Below are positions 17,577 to 26,600 of a stretch of 64,000 nt of DNA, in pieces. The stretch spans positions 3,413,281 to 3,477,280 of the forward strand of contig OZ244136.1 in assembly GCA_965215975.1 (NCBI GenBank), given 5' to 3'. Position numbers and translations under genes: made by a program. How positions within the stretch are numbered: the stretch's first letter is position 1; every line of letters begins with the position of its first letter. The stretch is from Dehalococcoidia bacterium. GTDB taxonomy: Bacteria > Chloroflexota > Dehalococcoidia > Lucifugimonadales > UBA3495. The notes beneath the pieces were generated by a model. That model saw only the letters and a program-made list of their open reading frames with translations. It was not told where the DNA came from and did no database searches.

Positions 17577-17654
17577 GCCCCGGTCGTCTAGCCAGGTTAG
17601 GACGCCACCCTTTCAAGGTGGAGATCAGGGGATCGAAGCCCCTCCGGGGTACCA
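17577..17654 (+). tRNA. tRNA-Glu (anticodon UUC), CCA encoded
   Basis: Cloverleaf folded by hand: acceptor GCCCCGG/CCGGGGT, D arm GTCT..AGGAC, anticodon stem CCACC/GGTGG with loop CTTTCAA, T stem AGGGG/CCCCT, discriminator A, then CCA. The architecture parallels E. coli tRNA-Glu. Confidence 0.9.
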
Positions 17655-17780
17655 TTTTTCCTGCAGCAACTTGGCACACTACCATAGACCTGTTACTGCC
17701 TCAATGTTCGCCTCAACGGACCTTTAACCAGTGCCTGGCCCGGATGGGCAGGCTTACGTATTTACCCCTTTGGAGACGCG

Positions 17781-19262
17781 GTGCTGAAGCACAACTTCTT
17801 AAGACTGAACCGAATCTTTGGTAGGGAAGCCGCCGCAACGATGCCCGGTGCTCAGGGCACGAATACGCTGGAAGAAACAACTTGTCCCCATTGCGGAGCC
17901 AGTATTCCCAGGTCCCGGCGCTGCCCCGCTTGCAACAACGTTACCTTCGCTTTGCCCCGGTGGGCTGCAGGCGGGAGAGACCGACGATTATTCACCCGGC
18001 GCCGGCTAATTATCAGCGGTTGCACTCTTGCCGTCCTTCTATTTGTCCTGTGGCTGAATTACCCGTTCATGCCCAACTATCGCATTCTATTGTTCAACCG
18101 TCCGGCCACCACCGTTTCGTCATCCTCGACCGTGAACCAGTGGTCAATGGCCGGCGGAGACGTAGCCCAGCGAAAGGTAGTTCGGTCTGATACAGGCTCT
18201 GTAGCCCTGCCGGTTGGCAAGCTCCAGTGGAGTACGCCTACGGGGGAGGGGACGAGAGCCGGGCCCATAGTTGCCGACGGAAAGGTTTACCAGGGAGCTT
18301 ACTTTAAGATTGTGGCCCTGGACGCCAACACTGGCGAAGAAGTCTGGTCTCAGCCAACCTCCGGCCCGGTACAGGCTTCGCTGGCCCTGGCAGGCGGCAA
18401 GCTTTATGCCGGATTCCTTGATCATAGGCTAAGGGCCATGGACCCCGAAACGGGGGAAATACTATGGGATTTTAGGGCGGGGGACATCATTACTTCCTCC
18501 CCGGTTGTGGACGAAGGAGTTGTATATTTTGGCGCATGGGATAGTAAGCAGTACGCGCTGGATGCTGCTACCGGGACAGAAATCTGGACTTACGAAAGTA
18601 CGGAAAAAGTGGGATCTAGCAGTCCGATCTACAATGGTGTGATGGCCGTACCCGACAAGGGCGGGCGAATCCACCTGCTGAACGCCCGTACCGGCCAAAA
18701 CCGGCTCGTCTACCGCACTCCCAGGTCCACCAACGCTGCTCCGGTTATTGCCCATGGGCACGTCTACTTTGCAGCCGGCGGTCGCCTCTACGCCATCGAC
18801 ACCAGTGAGAAAGAAGTACCGGGACAATATCACTTCAAGAGAGTTTGGGCCCAATTCTGGTTGTGGCAAGTACCGGGTGTGCCCAAGCCCGCTCAACAGC
18901 AGGGAGGCCGGTGGCGTTTCTCTCCCGATGAGGCAGAGTCCACCATAGTAGCCTCCCCAGCCGTGGCAAATACCGGCCTATATGTAGGAGATTTGCTCGG
19001 CCGCCTATATGCTGTTGACCCATTATCCGGCGCCGAACAATGGCGCTTCGAGGCCACTGGCGGCATACATGCATCTCCCATAGTTGCAGGGAACTTGGTT
19101 TACATTGCAACCCAGCAGGGACATGTTTATGCGATTGACCGCGGATCTGGCGAGGCCGTTTGGGAATTGTCCCTGGGGACCGGAGTGAACGAACCTTTGG
19201 CTTTCGCCGGCGGTGTGTTGTACTTACGCACCTCAGATGGTACGGTTCATGCCATTGAGTAA
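17781..19262 (+). CDS. PQQ-like beta-propeller repeat protein with N-terminal zinc ribbon and one TM helix
   Basis: CPHCGASIPRSRRCPACNN, then the hydrophobic LIISGCTLAVLLFVLWL, then repeated A-D-G-x-V/L-Y...D..TGE..W blades. GTG start with GGAGA upstream (alternative ATG 17841). Confidence 0.75.
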   Translation: MLKHNFLRLNRIFGREAAATMPGAQGTNTLEETTCPHCGASIPRSRRCPACNNVTFALPRWAAGGRDRRLFTRRRLIISGCTLAVLLFVLWLNYPFMPNYRILLFNRPATTVSSSSTVNQWSMAGGDVAQRKVVRSDTGSVALPVGKLQWSTPTGEGTRAGPIVADGKVYQGAYFKIVALDANTGEEVWSQPTSGPVQASLALAGGKLYAGFLDHRLRAMDPETGEILWDFRAGDIITSSPVVDEGVVYFGAWDSKQYALDAATGTEIWTYESTEKVGSSSPIYNGVMAVPDKGGRIHLLNARTGQNRLVYRTPRSTNAAPVIAHGHVYFAAGGRLYAIDTSEKEVPGQYHFKRVWAQFWLWQVPGVPKPAQQQGGRWRFSPDEAESTIVASPAVANTGLYVGDLLGRLYAVDPLSGAEQWRFEATGGIHASPIVAGNLVYIATQQGHVYAIDRGSGEAVWELSLGTGVNEPLAFAGGVLYLRTSDGTVHAIE

Positions 19263-19310
19263 GGCTGCAAGAAGATGTGCGCCGCTCCTTAAAGAAACGG
19301 AGACCCCATT

Positions 19311-19685
19311 TTGGCAACATATGAAGATATAGTCGCCAGCTTGAGCCAGGCGGTCGAACGGCTGGAGACGGACAATCTGGAGCTTAAGGCCTCCATCGCC
19401 AAGCTGCAAAAGCAGGTGAGGCAGCGGGAGTTGGATGCGGCTTATATGTACATCCATTCCAACTGGCTTTGGATTCGCTGGTTTCTGGTCCGCGACCAGG
19501 ACCGGGCTGGGGACAATACCGATCTGCTGGATAGAGCTAAGGCCGCTGAGTCCACGATCCGTGACAATCTGGCCCGCAGCCTGCGCTCAGTTCAATTCGA
19601 CCCGGAACCCATGCAGGCTGCTTACCGGTGGCGAATCGAAACTACTGTCATCCTTAACCGACAACGCTACACCTTCTTTGACTAG
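19311..19685 (+). CDS. hypothetical protein with N-terminal coiled-coil-like segment
   Basis: 124-aa ORF with a TTG start 7 nt after GGAGA. A heptad-like region (LSQAVERLETDNLELKASIAKLQKQVRQRE) is followed by a Trp-rich segment. No family recognised. Confidence 0.4.
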   Translation: MATYEDIVASLSQAVERLETDNLELKASIAKLQKQVRQRELDAAYMYIHSNWLWIRWFLVRDQDRAGDNTDLLDRAKAAESTIRDNLARSLRSVQFDPEPMQAAYRWRIETTVILNRQRYTFFD

Positions 19686-19857
19686 GCCTTCCTCGTAATT
19701 CTTTGCGAGTAGGCCTACACCAGGTCATCCCGTCGATGCCCCTCCACTCTGGGCCAAGTTCGCAGTTGAACCTGCGGAGAGAATAGGCTATTGTTTTTCG
19801 TGACAAAGAAGCACTCCAGCGTGTTATCTGAAACGAATGAGGCCAAAGGAGAGTTAA

Positions 19858-20049
19858 ATGGCAGGAGACAAAGAGACTTACGAAATAGAATTGAACCCGG
19901 ATCAAATGGGCTTTGTAACATCTATGAAGGACAAGTACGAACTAGCCGATGAAGGCAAAGTTATGCGGATAATCATGGACTACCTGATTTCCAACTCAGA
20001 CGTTCACGACACCGTATTCACTCAAGTACGTTGCCTTCGTTGCGGATAA
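19858..20049 (+). CDS. hypothetical small protein (possible ribbon-helix-helix fold, C-terminal CxxC)
   Basis: 63-aa ORF with a strong RBS AAAGGAGAG 5 nt upstream of the ATG. The strand-helix-helix pattern is only suggestive. Confidence 0.45.
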   Translation: MAGDKETYEIELNPDQMGFVTSMKDKYELADEGKVMRIIMDYLISNSDVHDTVFTQVRCLRCG

Positions 20050-20219
20050 CCCGGTCCAATGCATGGCAGGGTTGCACTGTTGAATTAGAGTAGTCAGATC
20101 AATCGGAAATTCGAGCCGGTCGGGTCCGTACCACAGAGTGGTAAAGGGCTCGTCCGGCTTTTCCGTGTAACCCTGCTGCTCGAAGGGTTCGAAGTGTCGG
20201 GGACCTTCCCCTATTTTCG

Positions 20220-20651
20220 TTATCCCGCTAACTGCTGCTTCAAGCCCACCAGGGCCAGATAGTAGCCATAGACACCGAAACCATACACGGAGCCCTTGCA
20301 AACGGGCTGAACCGCTGAAACCCCGCCTCGGGATGCCGGGTTAGAAGCGTGGACCTCAATCACCGGATACCGGACCTGGGCTATGGCTGCGCGAAGAACC
20401 CCGTTGAGGGAAGTGTAACCGGCGGGATTGATGACTGCGGCATCCACGTCGCCGTCGTGGCCTGCATAGAGGGCATCCGCCACTTCACCTTCCACGTTCG
20501 AGTGAACGAATTCAACATCGAGGCCCAGGCTCTCGGCATAGCCCTTCACCTGCTCGTTAATTTCCGGCAAAGTCATAGGGCCAAATATTTCAACCTGCAC
20601 TTTGCCCCTCATATTCATTCCCGCACCTTGAATCATCAGGATTTTCGCCAT
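20220..20651 (-). CDS. aroQ: type II 3-dehydroquinate dehydratase
   Basis: FVHSNVEGEV, INPAGYTS and IEVHASNPASR motifs. 143 aa. Confidence 0.9.
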   Translation of the reverse strand: MAKILMIQGAGMNMRGKVQVEIFGPMTLPEINEQVKGYAESLGLDVEFVHSNVEGEVADALYAGHDGDVDAAVINPAGYTSLNGVLRAAIAQVRYPVIEVHASNPASRGGVSAVQPVCKGSVYGFGVYGYYLALVGLKQQLAG

Positions 20652-20816
20652 ATCAGACTCCTTATAAGCCTATGTATCGATACCAGATTAATGGGATAGC
20701 CTAACAAATACTGTTAACGACTTCCCAAGCCAACAGAATATAAACCCTCAAATGGGCCGAAGCAAGGTAAGGGGACGTAGAGCAAAGAAAGAGGCTTACC
20801 CATCAAGGAACAGGCA

Positions 20817-22121
20817 TCAAGTTGGTCGAGCATACACAACTTGGCGCGTTTGGCCCCGGGCGAGGGGGGTAAAGATCAGTGCGGGAATAAGTAGCACAAG
20901 TCCAACAACAGCATTGAAAGTAATTGCCAGTGGTGTCCCGTAGATCTCCGCCAGGATTCCAATTGCTAGCGCTCCGAGGGGAGTTCCGATGCCGATGCAC
21001 ACACTCATCAATCCGACCATACGGCCCCGCATGTCCGGGGGAGCCGAAAGCATGGTAATGGTGCTCTGCATAGTGCCAAAGCAGGACTGACCCACGCCCG
21101 CGATTATCAGTACACCGAAGGCAAGCAAGTACCAGGGCGACCACACGAAGGCGATGGCCATCAGCAACACTACCGTAGAGCCCAGCATGAAGACCAATCC
21201 ATGTCTCTGCAGGTTGCGGGTTAGCGCCATTGCCCCTGCGCCGGCCATTTGTCCAATCCCTTCTCCCGCTACTAACAACCCCACCAGAGTGGCTCCCACC
21301 CCAAGGTTGTTGGCGCCAATGTCAGGGATGAATTGCTGCAAAGGAAAAGCGAGCGCGTTCATTATTATGGTCACGTAAAGCATGCCCCACAGCAAAGGTG
21401 TGGCCAGCGCATATCTAATAGCGCTGCTCAAGCTGCTCCATACGGGTTCCAGTGTGGTGGTTCGTTCTTTTTGCGGGATGCGTACCCTGGTCATTACCCC
21501 CAGGTCAATCAAGTGCACTAATACAATCAGGCTGCAGGCCCCCACGTAGCCTCCAGTCTCAATCGAAACGCCGCCGACCATCGATGAGATGAGCGGGCCC
21601 GAAGTATCGATCATGATTCCAGCCAGGAGGGGGCCCAGCATCTTGCCTGACGTGTTGCTGATGGTATCCAGCGACAGCGCATTTACCAGTCGACGCTCCC
21701 CGACGATATCCAGTATGCCAGTGCGCCGGGAGGGATCTTCCAGGGATTTGGTAGCACCCTGAACGAATACTGCGGCGTAGACGTGCCAGGCTGCTATAGC
21801 ATCGGTAACTATCAAACCCAGAACCACACCCGCCACCGCAGTATTAATTACCTGGGATAGCATGAGAATGCGCCATCGGTTGAAACGGTCAGCAATGAAG
21901 CCGGTAAACAGAGAAAGGACCGGGCGCGGCAAGTTGTTGAACACCAACACAAGACCCAATTGCAGTGGAGACCCGGTAGATTGAAGGATGAGCCATCCCA
22001 GAACCAGCAGTTCCATCCGGCGGGACAACTCCCTCAGAGTGCCGACATACCAGATGGCCCGAAAGTCCCGGTCTTGTAGAATTGTGAATACCGGGGCGTC
22101 TGCCCGGGGTCTAAACCTCAA
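20817..22121 (-). CDS. MFS transporter
   Basis: 434-aa protein with about 12 hydrophobic helices. The N-terminal FRAIWYVGTLRELSRRMELLVLGWL resembles the enterobactin-exporter-like MFS subgroup. Confidence 0.7.
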   Translation of the reverse strand: MRFRPRADAPVFTILQDRDFRAIWYVGTLRELSRRMELLVLGWLILQSTGSPLQLGLVLVFNNLPRPVLSLFTGFIADRFNRWRILMLSQVINTAVAGVVLGLIVTDAIAAWHVYAAVFVQGATKSLEDPSRRTGILDIVGERRLVNALSLDTISNTSGKMLGPLLAGIMIDTSGPLISSMVGGVSIETGGYVGACSLIVLVHLIDLGVMTRVRIPQKERTTTLEPVWSSLSSAIRYALATPLLWGMLYVTIIMNALAFPLQQFIPDIGANNLGVGATLVGLLVAGEGIGQMAGAGAMALTRNLQRHGLVFMLGSTVVLLMAIAFVWSPWYLLAFGVLIIAGVGQSCFGTMQSTITMLSAPPDMRGRMVGLMSVCIGIGTPLGALAIGILAEIYGTPLAITFNAVVGLVLLIPALIFTPLARGQTRQVVYARPT

Positions 22122-22513
22122 GATGCTCCCGCCTGCCCAACATCCACTTCAACCACCGATCCTGGGTTCGGTAATTGTAGCTCATGCATGGCTTGGCTCC
22201 GCTGAGTTTCTGGGGCCGATGTATAGAACTTTTGCCCAGGTTGGCTTGACGAAACTACATGCGAACAGGCGACCCTATCCCACCGACCTGTTTCAGTCAG
22301 GCACCAGCCCGCCACAAGAAGTGGTCCAGGCGTGGACATGCCATCAAGCAGTCAACAGTTGTTAGAATCGCTCTCCGCCAATCCAATGCTCTTTCTCCCA
22401 CTTACCAAGCTTTGACACTCGTGGTGATTGCCATATGCCAAAAACGTATTTCGTAAACTTATCGCATTATTAGCATAAGTAGCTACAAGTTTGCTGATTT
22501 TTCTCCTTTTAGG

Positions 22514-22543
22514 TTGCAATTATTGAATTGGTGGGTATATATT
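22514..22543 (+). promoter_or_regulatory. candidate promoter TTGCAA-N17/18-(A)TATATT
   Basis: Good -35/-10 hexamers in an AT-rich stretch about 125 nt upstream of the zinc-ribbon gene. Confidence 0.35.
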
Positions 22544-22665
22544 GTTGCCATAGGGTAAAAGTTAGGTTTTCCATGGCTGTTTCTGCGTGGGCGCTTCAAG
22601 TTTGTTGTCTCGGCACTGGTTGACCTAATGGACAAAATGATCAAACGCCCTAAGGAGGCCAACCG

Positions 22666-22971
22666 GTGGCACTTTCGGACAAGACTTTGGTATGCGTAGA
22701 CTGCGGCGGTGAGTTTATTTTCACGGTAGGGGAGCAGGAGTTCTTCAATTCTCGGGGCTTTGTAAACGAGCCCAAGCGGTGCCAGTCCTGCAGATCCTCC
22801 AGACGCGCTGAACAGCGGGGTGGCTTCTCGGCGGGTCCCAGGGAAATGTTCCAGATTCAGTGTGCTGAGTGCGGCAACGAGGCCACGGTACCTTTCCGGC
22901 CCAGAGGAGACCGTCCGGTATACTGCAGCGACTGCTTTAGCAGGAATAGGAACACCATGTCTCAGTTCTAG
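22666..22971 (+). CDS. small zinc-ribbon protein with two CxxC...CxxC units
   Basis: CVDCGGEF...CQSC and CAECGNE...CSDC. RBS AAGGAGG lies 7 nt before the GTG start. It resembles the widespread CxxC_CxxC zinc-ribbon family. Confidence 0.65.
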   Translation: MALSDKTLVCVDCGGEFIFTVGEQEFFNSRGFVNEPKRCQSCRSSRRAEQRGGFSAGPREMFQIQCAECGNEATVPFRPRGDRPVYCSDCFSRNRNTMSQF

Positions 22972-22991
22972 CACCACGAACTTGTCATTTT

Positions 22992-23024
22992 GAGGAGGGA
23001 GAACCCAATTAACCTCCCCTCCTC
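22992..23024 (+). terminator. strong hairpin downstream of the zinc-ribbon gene (no clear U-tract)
   Basis: GAGGAGGGAG-N12-CTCCCCTCCTC, 20 nt after the stop codon. Confidence 0.3.
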
Positions 23025-23486
23025 TGAATTGACCCTTCTCTCCACAAGAGGGGCTTTTCTGTTTCGGATACCAGCTATTGGCTTCGGAAGGCAGCCCACA
23101 GTCGCAACTCGGCCTAAATCTGCACGTCCACAAATTGCCTATTCTTGCCAGGTAACCTTTCCCCACTGCTCCCTCTGAATGGACTTGCAATTGACCCGTT
23201 TCCTCTTTGCCAAACCTTGCCAACATTAGCCGATTAGAAGCCATTGGTTTATCATCCTATTCGCCGAGGGTAATGGTTGCCGACTTCTGAGGCTCGGCCA
23301 ATACTGGTGCAACATTCGCCCATACCTCGCCGCCAAACACTTGAATCGACCTCTTCCGAAGGTTGCTGCCCTCAATCCGTCTCTATAGAATTGAAAGAGC
23401 CGATCTGCATGTACTGCCATGTGGGGTAGCTTTCGACAGTCGTGCTTAGTCTTGACCAGCGATCTTTTCTTCTCAAGGAAGCCTTT

Positions 23487-24944
23487 ATGAATTACAGAGA
23501 CCTGCGAGAGTTCATTACGTTCCTGGAGCAGCGGGGACAACTGCATCGCATTAGCGCGCCAGTGAGTTGCGAACTGGAAATGACGGAGATAGCTGAACGC
23601 ATGATTAAGGGCGACGGCCCCGCACTCCTCTTCGAGAATGTGGCCGGCTACGACATGCCGGTTCTCATGAATATTTTTTGTTCAGACCAGCGGATGGCAT
23701 GGGCTCTTGGAGTTGACCGGGTAGACGATCTGGTCTCCAGATTAGAAGGAATGCTCCAGCTGGCCCAGGGGGCCCCGGAAGGATTGATGAACAAGCTCCG
23801 TACCCTGGGGCAGATCATTCAAATGGGCCGCTTCCAGCCAAAGACGGTTACCCGCGCCCCTTGCCAGGAAGTGGTGCTGCAAGGTTCCGACGTTGACCTC
23901 TTCAAGTTTCCCATCCTTAAGTGCTGGCCCATGGACGGCGGCCGGTACATTACTCTGCCGCTGGTAATAACCAGGGATCCGGAAACCGGTACGCAGAATT
24001 ACGGCATGTACCGGATGCAAGTCTATGACGCATGCACCACCGGAATGCATTGGCAGACTCACAAAGTGGGAGCCCATCATTACCGGGTGAGCCAGGAACG
24101 GAAAGACAACCGACTGGAGGTCGCGGTTGCTATTGGAGCAGACCCGGCAACCATGTGGACCGGCTCGGCGCCATTACCCCCAGACATGGACGAGATGGCA
24201 GTATCCGGATTCATTCGGGAAGAGGGAGTTGAGCTAGTCAAGGCCAAGACTGTAGACTTGCTGGTGCCAGCCCAGGCCGAAATTGTGCTGGAAGGGCACG
24301 TCTACACAGACGAACAGCGCATGGAAGGTCCCTTTGGCGACCATACGGGCTATTACTCAATGCCGGAAGAGTACCCCGTATTCCATGTTACTACCATCAC
24401 CCACCGTAGAAACCCGATTTATCCCGCCACGGTGGTTGGCCGGCCGCCCATGGAGGACTACTGGATGGGCAAGGTGACCGAGCGTGTTTTCATGCCCATA
24501 ATCAGGATGATAATGCCTGAAATCGTGGACATGAACATGCCAGCCGAGGGCGTCTTTCACAATCTCGTCATAGTTTCGATCAAGAAAGAATACCCCGGTC
24601 AGGCCCGGAAAGTAATGTATGGCCTGTGGGGGCTGGGCCTGATGAATCTCACCAAGACAATTATCGTCGTTGACGACTTCGTTAACGTGCAAGATCCTTC
24701 GGAAGTAACCTGGCGTGTGGCAAACAACATCAATCCCAGCCAAGACATAGTGATTGTCGAGGGGCCGCTGGACGACTTGGAGGTCGGGTCGCCCACTCCT
24801 AAATTTGGCGGCAAAGTCGGAATAGACGCAACCAGAAAGGGCCCTCTAGAGGGCTACACCCGGGGTTGGCCTCCCGACATCGAAATGTCACCGGAGGTCA
24901 AGACCCTGGTTGACAGCAGATGGAAAGAGTACGGATTCAGTTAG
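23487..24944 (+). CDS. ubiD: UbiD-family prenylated-FMN-dependent decarboxylase (quinone biosynthesis)
   Basis: MNYRDLREFITFLEQRGQLHRISAPVS...ELEMTEIAER is the canonical UbiD N-terminus. ATG 23487 is preceded by AAGGAA; the track start at 23442 is less likely. Confidence 0.85.
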   Translation: MNYRDLREFITFLEQRGQLHRISAPVSCELEMTEIAERMIKGDGPALLFENVAGYDMPVLMNIFCSDQRMAWALGVDRVDDLVSRLEGMLQLAQGAPEGLMNKLRTLGQIIQMGRFQPKTVTRAPCQEVVLQGSDVDLFKFPILKCWPMDGGRYITLPLVITRDPETGTQNYGMYRMQVYDACTTGMHWQTHKVGAHHYRVSQERKDNRLEVAVAIGADPATMWTGSAPLPPDMDEMAVSGFIREEGVELVKAKTVDLLVPAQAEIVLEGHVYTDEQRMEGPFGDHTGYYSMPEEYPVFHVTTITHRRNPIYPATVVGRPPMEDYWMGKVTERVFMPIIRMIMPEIVDMNMPAEGVFHNLVIVSIKKEYPGQARKVMYGLWGLGLMNLTKTIIVVDDFVNVQDPSEVTWRVANNINPSQDIVIVEGPLDDLEVGSPTPKFGGKVGIDATRKGPLEGYTRGWPPDIEMSPEVKTLVDSRWKEYGFS

Positions 24945-25021
24945 CTAGTAGCAACTGGAAGATAACAGGTCCAGGCAACTCCGTTTGGGCCACGTCAACC
25001 GTCTAAAATGCTCGAGCTATT

Positions 25022-25927
25022 ATGCAAAACACCGGAACCAGCCGCACCTGGACAGGCTCCTTGCTTGGAAGGGTTTCCCTTTACGCAGGCTCAATACGCA
25101 TTTGGGAATCTCTCTTTGCCCTGCCCTTCGCCTATATCGGCATGACACTGGCCTCACAATCCGCAAACGGCCAACCCTGGCCCGGTTGGCCCGCGTTTGT
25201 CTGGATCACCGTGGCTATGTTTGGCGCACGCACTCTCGGCATGTCGGCCAACCGCCTGATCCATGCCAGGGAAGACCTGGCCAATCCACGTACAGTAGAG
25301 CGTCATCTGCCCAGGGGACTGCTAAAGTCATGGGAAGTGGCGGCCATGGCCGTTATTGGTTTGCTCATACTCATTGTCGGTGCCGCACAGTTGAACCCGC
25401 TTGCACTGTTACTCTCTCCATTAGCGGCCGCCTATGTGGTGTTTTATTCCTACGCCAAGTACTTCACCTGGCTGTGCAATTTCTGCCTGGGCTGGGCGCT
25501 CGCTATTGCGCCAACTGCAGCGTGGATCGGTGTCACCGGCAGCTTGTCTTATGAGCCACTCCTGATTAGCTTTGCCGTGGCAATGTGGGCCGGAGGGTTC
25601 GATATCATCTACGCCTGCACCGATTTTGACTTCGACCGAGGATTTGGGACACGTTCTGTGCCGAGCTACATAGGCATAGCCGAGTCGCTCTGGTTGGCCC
25701 GTATAATGCACTCCCTGTCGGTGTGCGCCCTGCTGGCCCTGGGTCTGCTGACCGGGTTGGCGTGGCCTTATTACATAGGCTGGGTCGTTGCAGTCCTGCT
25801 CTTGATATACGAGAATAGACAGGTAAGTCCAACCGACCTGTCAAGAATTAGCGCCGTATTTTTCAGGGTGAACGGATATGTTTCAGTGCAGTTAATGGCC
25901 TTTACGATATTGGCCCTGGTGGTGTGA
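25022..25927 (+). CDS. ubiA: UbiA-superfamily aromatic polyprenyltransferase
   Basis: Nine-helix membrane protein with first motif NRLIHAREDLANPRT and second motif FDIIYACTDFDFDRGFGTRSVP. Confidence 0.8.
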   Translation: MQNTGTSRTWTGSLLGRVSLYAGSIRIWESLFALPFAYIGMTLASQSANGQPWPGWPAFVWITVAMFGARTLGMSANRLIHAREDLANPRTVERHLPRGLLKSWEVAAMAVIGLLILIVGAAQLNPLALLLSPLAAAYVVFYSYAKYFTWLCNFCLGWALAIAPTAAWIGVTGSLSYEPLLISFAVAMWAGGFDIIYACTDFDFDRGFGTRSVPSYIGIAESLWLARIMHSLSVCALLALGLLTGLAWPYYIGWVVAVLLLIYENRQVSPTDLSRISAVFFRVNGYVSVQLMAFTILALVV

Positions 25928-25952
25928 AATGGCCATCCGACAGGAGACTGGG

Positions 25953-26564
25953 ATGTCGAGGCTGTCCGCACCCAAGCCTATAATTGTGGGTGTTTCCGGC
26001 GCCAGTGGATCCATTCTGGCCCGCGCCACCGTTGAAGCGCTCCTGTTGCGTGATGTACCCACGATTGTGGTTTGCACCAATGCCGCCCGCCTGGTCTGGC
26101 AGGAGGAACTCGACACACCCTTCGGGGAAACCCTGTCGGAGTGGCAGGAACACCCCCGTTTCACCTACTATCCCATGGGAGACATGCGAGCATCCATTGC
26201 CAGCGGGACCTTTGCCACCCGCGGCATGGTTATAGTGCCCTGCAGTATGAACAGCGTCGCCGCCATAGCCCACGGCCTGGCCGGAAACCTGCTACTTCGT
26301 GCCGCCGACGTTTGTTTGAAGGAACGCAGAAAGTTGATACTGGTTCCCCGGGAAACACCTCTTCACGCCACTCACTTGGAGAACATGCTTTCACTCACGC
26401 GCGCCGGGGCGGTGATAATGCCCCCGGAACCGGCCTTCTATCTGAAACCGCAGGGCATCGACGATATCGCCCAGTTCGTGGCCCAGAGGGTACTTGTTGC
26501 GCTGGACATTGAAGAGGAACTGCCTCCAGAGATGCGGTACCACGAAGAAACTCTTCCCGAATAG
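25953..26564 (+). CDS. ubiX: UbiX flavin prenyltransferase
   Basis: IIVGVSGASGS and VIVPCSMNSVAAIAHG motifs. AGGAGA lies 5 nt before ATG 25953 (alternative start 25929). Confidence 0.85.
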   Translation: MSRLSAPKPIIVGVSGASGSILARATVEALLLRDVPTIVVCTNAARLVWQEELDTPFGETLSEWQEHPRFTYYPMGDMRASIASGTFATRGMVIVPCSMNSVAAIAHGLAGNLLLRAADVCLKERRKLILVPRETPLHATHLENMLSLTRAGAVIMPPEPAFYLKPQGIDDIAQFVAQRVLVALDIEEELPPEMRYHEETLPE

Positions 26565-26600
26565 ATATGCCAACCCAACCGCGGGGTACTCTCAAAGAAT

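Noticed and set aside
19996-20301. A 101-codon minus-strand ORF filling the gap between the 63-aa gene and aroQ.
   Set aside because: Its only Met start overlaps the aroQ 3' end by about 80 nt and its 3' end overlaps the plus-strand small gene. It has no RBS or motif, so it was left uncalled.
22483-23244. A 253-codon minus-strand ORF covering the zinc-ribbon gene and its flanks.
   Set aside because: It has implausible composition, no RBS or motif, and overlaps a plus-strand gene that has a strong RBS and clear CxxC architecture.
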